Below, piece by piece: positions 28,368-35,572 of a stretch of 54,123 bases of DNA; position 1 is the first letter of the stretch, and every line of letters begins with the position of its first letter. The notes beneath the pieces were generated by a model, which saw only the letters and a program-made list of their open reading frames with translations, did not search any database and was not told the DNA's origin. This DNA comes from an uncultured Anaerolineales bacterium (GTDB taxonomy: Bacteria; Planctomycetota; Phycisphaerae; FEN-1346). The stretch lies in the NCBI GenBank assembly GCA_964353455.1, contig CAYGWP010000534.1, forward strand, positions 1 through 54,123, in the 5' to 3' direction. The position numbers were made by a program, and so were the translations under genes.

Positions 28368-29125
28368 GACCGTTTGCCTCGTTTTCCGCGCGCCAGAAGC
28401 AGCGTGCCGACCGCCAGTAAGGCGAGGGTTGCCGGTTCGGGCGTGGTAGCCGTGATCGAAAGGACCGGCCGATTGGCCACGGTCCCGAAATTGCGGGAAT
28501 TAAGGAGGTAACTCACGCTGGAGTCCGCCGGAAACAGGAGCAGACTGACACTGCTGCCGGCCGCAAGATCGGCCACTAAGCCGGAGGCCAATGTAAGGTC
28601 GTACGTCGTTTGCCCGCTCGTGGCACCATTGAAACTGAACGTGCCCGCCGCCTGGTCCCCCGCGCCGAGGAAAGATGGCAGCGTGTTGTACGTAATGCCC
28701 GTCGTACCGGGCGTAGAAGGGTTGCCCGTTCCTTCCGTCCAGGAGTCATTCTGCATCCATTGCACCGAGAACTGTCCGATCGCCGAGGAGTTGAAGATCG
28801 GGTTGTTCGGGGAGGCTGCGGTCAATTGGAGGGTCACCGCCTGGATGATCCATTGTCCAGCCCCGTAAGTTGAGTCGAAACTGCTCTTGGCCGACGAGGT
28901 GTCGAACATCATGACGCTCTGGAACTCGCCCTTCGCCAGGCCGCTTGCGGCCACCGAGAGCGAACCGGCCCCGCCGTAGTTGCCCGACGGATTGCTGGCC
29001 GACACGAAAGCGTCAGCCGTCGGATTCAACGTGATGACGCTGGCCGTGGCCGGCAACGACCACAGGGCCAGCACGATTCCCATCCCCACTACCGCAACGA
29101 CTCTACCCCTCATTGATGTCCGCAT
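28364..29125 (-). CDS. secreted PEP-CTERM protein (DNRLRE-like N-terminal domain)
   Basis: GGGAGGAAG upstream of the ATG at 29125, a signal peptide, TADAFVSASNPSGNYGGAGSLSV, and a C-terminal TPEPATLALLAVGTLLLARGKR. Confidence 0.75.
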   Translation of the reverse strand: MRTSMRGRVVAVVGMGIVLALWSLPATASVITLNPTADAFVSASNPSGNYGGAGSLSVAASGLAKGEFQSVMMFDTSSAKSSFDSTYGAGQWIIQAVTLQLTAASPNNPIFNSSAIGQFSVQWMQNDSWTEGTGNPSTPGTTGITYNTLPSFLGAGDQAAGTFSFNGATSGQTTYDLTLASGLVADLAAGSSVSLLLFPADSSVSYLLNSRNFGTVANRPVLSITATTPEPATLALLAVGTLLLARGKRGKRS

Positions 29126-29166
29126 CTTCTTCCTCCCTTCAGGTTGTTCCGCCTTGCACACAGCAG

Positions 29167-29874
29167 TTACTCTCTAGGGCCGGGCCAAGGGCTGCCCGGC
29201 ACCACCCATCGAACGTCCGCTTGAAGTGGGTCGCCCTTCCCGCAACCCACGTAGTCGCCGGGAAAACTTGCCACGTGCCCGTCGAGAAAACTGATATTGA
29301 CCATGCCGTTATGGCGTGCCACCGGGCTATAGGCCTTGGACGACGGCAGAATCGAGCAATAGGTGCCGGGGCCGTCCGCCATGAATACCTGGGTGGATGG
29401 AGAGCGAATCGTGTCGAGGTAATCCGGCACGCCCGTCAGCCACGTTGAGAGCCGCATGTTCATGCCGTAGGCGAAGTAATACATGGTCTGGGCCTCGGCC
29501 TCGTGGGCCGACGGGCACATCCAGATGCCGCCGTCGCCCGGCCGCGGAATGCGCCCCTCGGCAGCCAGTTCCTTGTAGGCAGGCATCCCCATCACATTGG
29601 GGAGCGCATTGAACCAGTCCTCGGGCCGATCAACGATGGCGGTCGGCTGGACACCCTGCCCCCGGCGCGGCAGGGCGCCGTTGTTCTGCTGGGCGTAGAC
29701 GCGCATGGCCAATGCCCACTGCCGCAAGGCGGACTGGCACTTGGCGGAATCAGCCACACCGCAAGCATAGCCGAGCGCAGGGGTGATGATGGCAGCCAGC
29801 ACGCCCACGATGGCGAGGACCACCATCAACTCCACCAGCGTGAACCCCCTCGATCGTGACCTGCCCTCAACCAT
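29167..29874 (-). CDS. prepilin-type N-terminal domain protein, DUF1559 / H-X9-DG class
   Basis: [30 protein letters not shown] and ARHNGMVNISFLDGH. Confidence 0.8.
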   Translation of the reverse strand: MVEGRSRSRGFTLVELMVVLAIVGVLAAIITPALGYACGVADSAKCQSALRQWALAMRVYAQQNNGALPRRGQGVQPTAIVDRPEDWFNALPNVMGMPAYKELAAEGRIPRPGDGGIWMCPSAHEAEAQTMYYFAYGMNMRLSTWLTGVPDYLDTIRSPSTQVFMADGPGTYCSILPSSKAYSPVARHNGMVNISFLDGHVASFPGDYVGCGKGDPLQADVRWVVPGSPWPGPRE

Positions 29875-30129
29875 TTACCACCTGTTAAGTCAGAGTTGAC
29901 GGCCGCAGCGCCCTTGCAGGAAGGGCTCGCGCCCCGGAAGCGGCTGGAAATTGGGGTTCGGTGCGCGCCGACTCCGAAGCACAACTCGGCCCACTGTTCG
30001 AACGGGTCTGGCACCACGTTACGCCGCATCCTTGTACTTGTCAACCATCGAAACGTCACCATCGAAACGTCGACAGACCACGGCGTGGCCTTGACGCCTC
30101 GCCGGTCCGGGCGTACCCTTGGAGAAACC

Positions 30130-31509
30130 ATGAAACAACGTTCCCACGACCGCTTGCCCGAGTCCGTCACAGACGCCATTCTGGAGAGCATTTCCGACGG
30201 CGTTTTCACGGTGGACCACGAGTGGCGGATCACGTCGTTCAACCGGGCCGCGGAGGAAATCACCGGCGTGCCGCGCCAGGAGGCCGTCGGAAGGCGATGC
30301 AGCGAGGTCTTCCGGGCCAGCATGTGCGAGGCTGACTGCGCCCTGCGCCGCACGATGGCAAGCGGCAAGCCCGTGGTCAACCAGACGGGGTTCATCGTGG
30401 ACTCTGAGGGACGGCGGATTCCGATCAGCGTCTCTACCGCCCTGCTGCGCGACGGCCGCGGCAAGGTCGTCGGCGGCGTCGAGACGTTCCGCGACCTGAG
30501 CATCGTTGAGGAACTCCGCAAGGAACTCGAAGGGCGCTTTGAACTGGGCGACATGGTCAGCCGCAGCCCCGCCATGCACCGCCTCTTTGACCTCCTCCCC
30601 CAGGTGGCGGCCAGCGGCAGCACCGTGCTGGTCCAGGGCGAAACGGGCACGGGCAAGGAACTGCTTGCCCGGGCGATCCATTCGCTCAGCCCCCGCCGCG
30701 AGAAGCCGTTCGTGGCGGTCAACTGTGGTGCCCTGCCCGACACGCTCCTGGAATCGGAACTCTTCGGCTACAAGGCGGGGGCCTTCACGGGCGCCGGAAA
30801 GGACAAGCCCGGCCGGTTTGCCCTGGCCGAGGGGGGCACGATCTTCCTGGACGAGATCGGCGACGTGAGCCCGGCCCTCCAGGTCCGGCTGTTGCGATTC
30901 CTGGAGGGGCGAACGTACGAACCGCTGGGCGGAACCCAATCCGTTCAGGCCGACGTTCGAGTCGTGGCCGCCACGCATCGGGACCTTGCCGCCCTGGTCA
31001 AGGATGGGGCATTCCGGCAGGACCTGTTCTACCGGATCAATGTCGTGCGGCTGGAACTGCCCCCGCTCCGCCAACGCAAGGCCGACATCCCGCTGCTGGT
31101 CGAGCGGTTCGTGGGGCGCCTGAACCGGCTTCGTGGGCGGTCGGTGCCTGGCGTCAGCCGCGACACGCTCGCCATCCTCATGGCCCACGACTATCCCGGC
31201 AACATCCGCGAACTGGAGAACGTGATGGAGCACGCCTTCGTCCTGTGCGGCGAGGGCCCCATTGAGCCGTCCCACCTGCCGGACGACCTGATGGCCCGCG
31301 CGCCGCCGAAGGCGCGGCGTACCGACCTTCGCGGGTCGGTCCGGGCCGCCGAGGCCCAGTCCATCCTGGATGCCCTGAAGCGGAACCACTTTAACCGGTT
31401 GGCCGCGGCGCGGGAACTGGGCATGCACAAGACCACGCTGTTCCGGAAGATCAAGGCGCTGGGTCTGAACCTGCCCGAGACGGACGGCCGTTCAGGACCA
31501 GGGGCGTAG
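30130..31509 (+). CDS. sigma-54-dependent transcriptional activator with an N-terminal PAS domain carrying a Cys-rich motif
   Basis: PAS domain (ISDGVFTVDHEWRITSFN), motif RRCSEVFRASMCEADC, AAA+ Walker A GETGTGKE, GAFTGA loop, and a Fis-type HTH (AARELGMHKTTLFRKIKALG). Confidence 0.9.
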   Translation: MKQRSHDRLPESVTDAILESISDGVFTVDHEWRITSFNRAAEEITGVPRQEAVGRRCSEVFRASMCEADCALRRTMASGKPVVNQTGFIVDSEGRRIPISVSTALLRDGRGKVVGGVETFRDLSIVEELRKELEGRFELGDMVSRSPAMHRLFDLLPQVAASGSTVLVQGETGTGKELLARAIHSLSPRREKPFVAVNCGALPDTLLESELFGYKAGAFTGAGKDKPGRFALAEGGTIFLDEIGDVSPALQVRLLRFLEGRTYEPLGGTQSVQADVRVVAATHRDLAALVKDGAFRQDLFYRINVVRLELPPLRQRKADIPLLVERFVGRLNRLRGRSVPGVSRDTLAILMAHDYPGNIRELENVMEHAFVLCGEGPIEPSHLPDDLMARAPPKARRTDLRGSVRAAEAQSILDALKRNHFNRLAAARELGMHKTTLFRKIKALGLNLPETDGRSGPGA

Positions 31510-31519
31510 AGTCGCTTTC

Positions 31520-31549
31520 ATGCTACCGTCCGGGCTGCGACAGTAGCAT
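31520..31549. promoter_or_regulatory. inverted repeat ATGCTAC-N16-GTAGCAT, candidate activator binding site (UAS)
   Basis: Perfect 7-bp arms at 31520-31526 and 31543-31549, about 110-140 bp upstream of the sigma-54 promoter. Confidence 0.4.
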
Positions 31550-31659
31550 ACGTGCAACTCTTTTGTCGGGTCGCCGTATCCCTTCCAAGGCAATTCTGTC
31601 GTCATAAGTCCTTTATAAGGCGGAGGTTAACGCCGCGGGGCCGCCCCCTGCAATTGTGT

Positions 31660-31675
31660 TGGCACGCGTATTGCT
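31660..31675 (+). promoter_or_regulatory. sigma-54 promoter (-24/-12)
   Basis: TGGCACgcgtaTTGCT matches the TGGCAC-N5-TTGC consensus. It lies 28 nt upstream of the ATG at 31703 and directly downstream of the activator gene. Confidence 0.7.
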
Positions 31676-31702
31676 CATATATCGGATCGGAGGCCATAGG
31701 CG

Positions 31703-32083
31703 ATGCGTGTTGCACTGACAGCCTGGGACGGTCGGATCTCGCCGGTGTTCGACACCGCGCGCCACCTCCAGATCGTGGATGTGGAGGGCGGTCTGCCGAT
31801 GGGGCGCGTTGAGGAACCGCTGGAAGAGTGCCTTCCGGACCGAAGGGTCGCACGATTGGGCGCGCTCAAAGTGGATGCTCTGATCTGCGGGGCCATCTCC
31901 CGGCCGCTGGCCGACATGGTCCAGACTGCCGGCATCCAATTGGTGCCCTTCGTCGCCGGACCGGTCGAGGAAGTGCTGCACGCCTTCGTGAACGGCTCGC
32001 TGCCGACGGGCATGTTCCAGATGCCGGGCTGTTGCGGCGGGCGCCGCCGGTTCCGGGGTCAGCGTGGCTGGCGTATGGCATGA
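31703..32083 (+). CDS. NifX/NifB-C-terminal-like (dinitrogenase FeMo-cofactor-binding fold) protein with a Cys/Gly/Arg tail
   Basis: MRVALTAWDGRISPVFDTARHLQIVD...ALICGAISRPL...IQLV. The tail reads MPGCCGGRRRFRGQRG. Confidence 0.75.
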   Translation: MRVALTAWDGRISPVFDTARHLQIVDVEGGLPMGRVEEPLEECLPDRRVARLGALKVDALICGAISRPLADMVQTAGIQLVPFVAGPVEEVLHAFVNGSLPTGMFQMPGCCGGRRRFRGQRGWRMA

Positions 32084-32122
32084 GGCCGCAACCCGGCTGT
32101 CTGTCCAAGGAGGACGCGAAAG

Positions 32123-33268
32123 ATGCCTCGAGGCGAAGGAATCGGGCCCTACGGGCCAGGAAGACCGGCCGACGCCGATCTCGCTTGGCGATTCTGGGAC
32201 AGCGGCCCTGTGCCCACGCGCCTTGCAGAGATCCTTGGTCGTGCAATGGCGAGTGAAGGGCCATCGAAGGAGGACTGCATTTATCTACTCTGCTTTCCAG
32301 AGCGCTCCATCGAGGCGGGGATGATCCGCACCGTGGCGGACGCGGTCTCCCGGAAACGTTTCGGGAACGAGGCGATGCTGCTGGGGCAGATCGGCGTGGC
32401 TATGGCCCCCTGTGACGGCGGATGCGCGTTCTGCGCCTTTGCCAAGCCTCATACGACGATCCGGGAGTCCACCCTCTCGGTCGAAGAGACGATCGAGAGG
32501 GCCATCGCCTTTGAACGTGGGGGCGTGGCCGGCATCTTCATCATGACCATGCACTATTTCGGCTTCGAATGGTTCCTCGACCTGGTGTCGCGCGTCAGCA
32601 AGGCCCTTCCGGCTGAAACGAGACTGCTGGCGAACATCGGCGACATCGACGCCGCGCAGATGCAGGCCCTCAAGGACGCAGGGCTGACGGGCGCCTACCA
32701 TGTCTGCCGCCTGCGCGAAGGGATCGATACCCACATGACCCCCCGGCAGCGGATCCGCACCATTGAGTGTGTCCGCGAAACGGGGCTGGACTGGTACAAC
32801 TCCTGCGAGCCGATCGGACCGGAGCATACTCCGGAGGAACTGGCCGAGCAGATCCACCTCGGACGGGAACTGGGCTGCGCCCAGCACGCGGCGATGCGAA
32901 GGTTCCCCGTGCCGGGTTCGCCCCTGTTCCGTCACGGGCAGGTCTCGCTCTCGCGACTTGCCCAGATCGTGGCGATCATCTCGTTGGCCACTCTTGAGTC
33001 GAAGACCGTTCGAAGCATCGCCGTGCACGAACCCAATCTTCTTGGGCTCATGAGCGGTGCAAATGCCCTCTACCCGGAGGCAGGGGAGCCTGATCCTGCA
33101 CCCGAAGGCGCCCCTCTGACAGGACACGAGGCGACGGAAGGATTCAGTTCGGCCCTTTGGCGGCGCACTCTGGAGATCACCACGGCCGATTGTCGGAAGA
33201 TGCTCCTGGAGACGGGCTTCACGACTCTTCGACGTGGCAACGGAACGACGGTGCCTCTGAAACTGTGA
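32123..33268 (+). CDS. radical SAM protein, BioB/HydE-like layout, with an N-terminal MPRGEGIGPYGPG extension
   Basis: AAGGAGGA upstream of the ATG; CDGGCAFC motif. Paralog of 11480-12523, but with about 30 extra N-terminal residues that resemble the DUF5320 N-terminus. Confidence 0.8.
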   Translation: MPRGEGIGPYGPGRPADADLAWRFWDSGPVPTRLAEILGRAMASEGPSKEDCIYLLCFPERSIEAGMIRTVADAVSRKRFGNEAMLLGQIGVAMAPCDGGCAFCAFAKPHTTIRESTLSVEETIERAIAFERGGVAGIFIMTMHYFGFEWFLDLVSRVSKALPAETRLLANIGDIDAAQMQALKDAGLTGAYHVCRLREGIDTHMTPRQRIRTIECVRETGLDWYNSCEPIGPEHTPEELAEQIHLGRELGCAQHAAMRRFPVPGSPLFRHGQVSLSRLAQIVAIISLATLESKTVRSIAVHEPNLLGLMSGANALYPEAGEPDPAPEGAPLTGHEATEGFSSALWRRTLEITTADCRKMLLETGFTTLRRGNGTTVPLKL

Positions 33269-33280
33269 AGGAGACAAGCC

Positions 33281-33526
33281 ATGCCAGGTGGAGATGGAAC
33301 GGGTCCGATGGGAATGGGACCGATGTCCGGTCGAGGCGCGGGATTCTGCGGCGGCTTCGGCGTGCCGGGGTCCGCCAATCCGGTGATGGGTCGTGGTCGC
33401 GGCGGCCGGGGGCGCGGCCTCGGCCGTATGTTCTGGGCGGCGGGGGTTCCGGTCTGGGCCCGCCTTGGCTGGGGCGCGCTATCATACGCCTTCGGGCCCC
33501 CCACGCCGGAAGTCGAACGCGAGACG
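33281..33526 (+). repeat. near-identical duplicated segment (pairs with 34499-34744)
   Basis: Hand alignment gives about 16 mismatches in 246 nt between the 5' parts of A1 and A2. Confidence 0.85.
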
Positions 33527-33619
33527 CTGAAGCAACAGATGGGTGCCATGGAGGCCCAGTTGGACGCCATCAAGCGGCGGCTTGAAGAACTCCAAGGCAG
33601 CCAGACCAAGGAAGACTGA
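33281..33619 (+). CDS. DUF5320-type protein, coiled-coil class (A1)
   Basis: MPGGDGTGPMGMGPMSGRGAGFCGG...GRGRGGRGRG... with a C-terminal heptad-like EAQLDAIKRRLEELQ. AAGGAGA Shine-Dalgarno upstream. Confidence 0.8.
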   Translation: MPGGDGTGPMGMGPMSGRGAGFCGGFGVPGSANPVMGRGRGGRGRGLGRMFWAAGVPVWARLGWGALSYAFGPPTPEVERETLKQQMGAMEAQLDAIKRRLEELQGSQTKED

Positions 33620-33761
33620 AAGCCGAACCCGCTGGGAAGTAAGGGCGAGAGAGAGGCGGCAGTGCGGGCCCTTGCACGGCCTCTCTCCACCCTCTATCCC
33701 CCGGCCGCCGCCAGAGGCAGTCACGCACAAGTGCGGTGCGGGGGCTGATGGCGGCAGGCGA

Positions 33762-33944
33762 GTGGGCCCTTGCGGCCGCGGCTTCGGCGGTCGAGGACGC
33801 GGACGGATGGGTGGGCCGTTCGGCGCTGGGCCGAGCGGGATGTGCGCGTATCCGAAGTGCGGGCATGGTGAACCGCACCGGCGCGGTGAGCCGTGCAACC
33901 GGAAGTCCTGCCCGGAGTGTGGGACGAAGCTGACCAGAGCGTGA
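33762..33944 (+). CDS. DUF5320-related zinc-ribbon protein (B1), 5'-truncated relative to B2; start uncertain (GTG 33762 or ATG 33807), possibly decaying
   Basis: ...GPSGMCAYPKCGHGEPHRRGEPCNRKSCPECGTKLTRA aligns with the B2 C-terminus. No MPRGDGTGP start is present in this frame. Confidence 0.45.
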   Translation: MGPCGRGFGGRGRGRMGGPFGAGPSGMCAYPKCGHGEPHRRGEPCNRKSCPECGTKLTRA

Positions 33945-33969
33945 AAACCTTATTACAGGGAGATTAGTC

Positions 33970-34152
33970 ATGCCAAGAAATGATGGAACTGGTCCGACCG
34001 GGCAAGGGTCCAGCACCGGCCGCAGGCGCGGTCCTTGCGGCGGTGGAAAGCGAAAGGGGCCATCGGCTGGAGCCAGCAAACGGCGAGGGCGAGGCCAAGG
34101 GCAAGGCGGGAAGGGACGCGGCTCGGGCCGTGGCCAAGCGGGCGGCCGTTAA
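33970..34152 (+). CDS. small Arg/Gly-rich protein with a DUF5320-type N-terminus (C)
   Basis: MPRNDGTGPTGQGSSTGRRRGPCGGGKRKG...GRGSGRGQAGGR, with GGGAGA upstream of the ATG. Confidence 0.5.
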   Translation: MPRNDGTGPTGQGSSTGRRRGPCGGGKRKGPSAGASKRRGRGQGQGGKGRGSGRGQAGGR

Positions 34153-34185
34153 ACAAGAATTACAAATAGAGAAAGGAGAATAGAA

Positions 34186-34512
34186 ATGCCCGGGTTTGGA
34201 TCCCCCTTTGCCGGGGTGGCACACGACAGAAAACTAACCGATGAAGAACTAATCCGTGCCATACGTTTCATGGTGGCTGCAGAGTACGAGGCGATTCAGT
34301 TGTACATGCAACTCGCCGAGTCAATAAACAACAAGCTCGCCATCGAAGTGCTCAAGGACATAGCGGACGAGGAACGCGTTCACGCTGGCGAGTTCATGAG
34401 ACTCCTCCGCGAGATTGCCCCTGACGAGCAAGAGCACTATGCCAAGGGTGTAGCGGAAGTTGAAGAGGAAATCGAAAAGCTGAAGAAAGGAGACAGCAAT
34501 GCCAGCGGGTGA
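34186..34512 (+). CDS. small ferritin-like protein (single E...ExxH half-site, EncFtn/rubrerythrin-like)
   Basis: LTDEELIRAIRFMVAAEYEAIQLYMQLA...VLKDIADEERVHAGEFMRLLREI, with AAGGAGA upstream of the ATG. Family placement is by recall. Confidence 0.65.
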   Translation: MPGFGSPFAGVAHDRKLTDEELIRAIRFMVAAEYEAIQLYMQLAESINNKLAIEVLKDIADEERVHAGEFMRLLREIAPDEQEHYAKGVAEVEEEIEKLKKGDSNASG

Positions 34513-34834
34513 TGGAACGGGTCCGATGGGAATGGGACCGATGTCCGGTCGAGGCGCGGGGTTCTGCGGGGGCCTCGGTGTGCCGGGGTACGCCAATCCG
34601 GTGATGGGTCGCGGTCGCGGCGGCCGGGGGCGCGGCCTCGGCCGCATGTTCTGGGCGGCGGGGGTTCCGGGCTGGGCCCGCCTCGGATGGGGCGCGCTAT
34701 CGTACGTCTTCGGGCCGCCCACGCCGGAAGTCGAACGCGAGACGCCGTGTTCCCAGGCCGAGTACTTCGGCAACGCCCTTGAAGAAATCCGCAAGCGGAT
34801 CGAGGAACTTGAGTCTGAGGCAGAGAAGAAGTAG
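34499..34834 (+). CDS. DUF5320-type protein, coiled-coil class (A2)
   Basis: MPAGDGTGPMGMGPMSGRGAGFCGG... with a C-terminal AEYFGNALEEIRKRIEELESE. The ATG overlaps the last 14 nt of the ferritin-like gene. Confidence 0.8.
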   Translation: MPAGDGTGPMGMGPMSGRGAGFCGGLGVPGYANPVMGRGRGGRGRGLGRMFWAAGVPGWARLGWGALSYVFGPPTPEVERETPCSQAEYFGNALEEIRKRIEELESEAEKK

Positions 34835-34970
34835 GCATACCGCAGAAGGGTGCTGGGTGAGGGCGCGCAGGTAACGGGGGCGGATGGCGGCACGCGCGGG
34901 CCCTTGCGGCCGCGTCCGCCCTCTAGCCCGCGCCATCGCAGCCACGGACCAGGTATGGAGAGGTGATGTC

Positions 34971-35225
34971 ATGCCACGAGGCGATGGAACAGGACCGTTC
35001 CGACAAGGCCCCGGTTTGGGCCGAGGCGGCGGCGCAGGCGGCAGAGGCCGCGGCCTGGGCGCCGGCGGGCCGGGGCGCGGACGCCTACGGGGTCCTTTGG
35101 CCGCCGGGCCGGGCGGCACGTGCGTGTGCCCTCAGTGCGGCACGACGGTTCGCCACGAGCGGGGCGTGCCGTGTGCCCAGATGAAGTGCCCGAAGTGCGG
35201 CGCGGCCATGACGCGCCAGGCGTGA
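34971..35225 (+). CDS. DUF5320-related zinc-ribbon protein (B2)
   Basis: GGAGAGG 7 nt upstream of the ATG. Reads MPRGDGTGPFRQGPGLGRGGG...TCVCPQCGTTVRHERGVPCAQMKCPKCGAAMTRQA. Confidence 0.7.
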   Translation: MPRGDGTGPFRQGPGLGRGGGAGGRGRGLGAGGPGRGRLRGPLAAGPGGTCVCPQCGTTVRHERGVPCAQMKCPKCGAAMTRQA

Positions 35226-35344
35226 TGCGGCAGCCCTGGGCGTCCCAGGTCGCCGGGTAACAGAACAAAGTAGCCTTTCATGTCGATATGGTACTCTATT
35301 CTGGCGCCGAATAAGCGCGAGAGTCGAAGTTAGGAGAACAAGAC

Positions 35345-35548
35345 ATGAAACGCACAATGGTTCTGACCCTGCTGTTGCTCATGGCGAACCTGCTGCTGTT
35401 CAGTGCAGGGTGTGCGGCTCCCCAGCAGAGGCCGACAGACGCACAGCCGGAGATCAGGCAGCCGGAGTGGCGTCCTGCCTGGGTAAGAGACGGGCGATGG
35501 GATCCGCATTGGGTAAAGAACGAGCCGTATCGCCCGTGGCCCCTATAG
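35345..35548 (+). CDS. small lipoprotein, Trp/Pro-rich
   Basis: AGGAGA Shine-Dalgarno. MKRTMVLTLLLLMANLLLFSAGC lipobox, then PEWRPAWVRDGRWDPHWVKNEPYRPWP. Confidence 0.5.
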   Translation: MKRTMVLTLLLLMANLLLFSAGCAAPQQRPTDAQPEIRQPEWRPAWVRDGRWDPHWVKNEPYRPWPL

Positions 35549-35572
35549 TTGATGTGGGGACGCGAACATCCT

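Noticed and set aside
34884-34970. Longer form of B2 starting at ATG 34884 (MAARAGPCGRV...)
   Set aside because: The extension is encoded by the repeated GC-hairpin spacer, has no Shine-Dalgarno motif, and precedes a strongly supported GGAGAGG-ATG start that restores the family-typical MPRGDGTGP N-terminus.
33281-35225. Possible CRISPR-like or tandem repeat array, suggested by recurring GGTCGxGGxCGCGG-type sequence
   Set aside because: The repeats are coding (Gly/Arg-rich paralogs with Shine-Dalgarno motifs and ATGs). They are not regularly spaced, and no cas genes are present.
35289-35305. Second sigma-54 promoter, TGGTACtctatTCTGG, upstream of the small lipoprotein gene
   Set aside because: The -24 element is acceptable, but the -12 GC dinucleotide is not at the required spacing (TCTG instead of TTGC).
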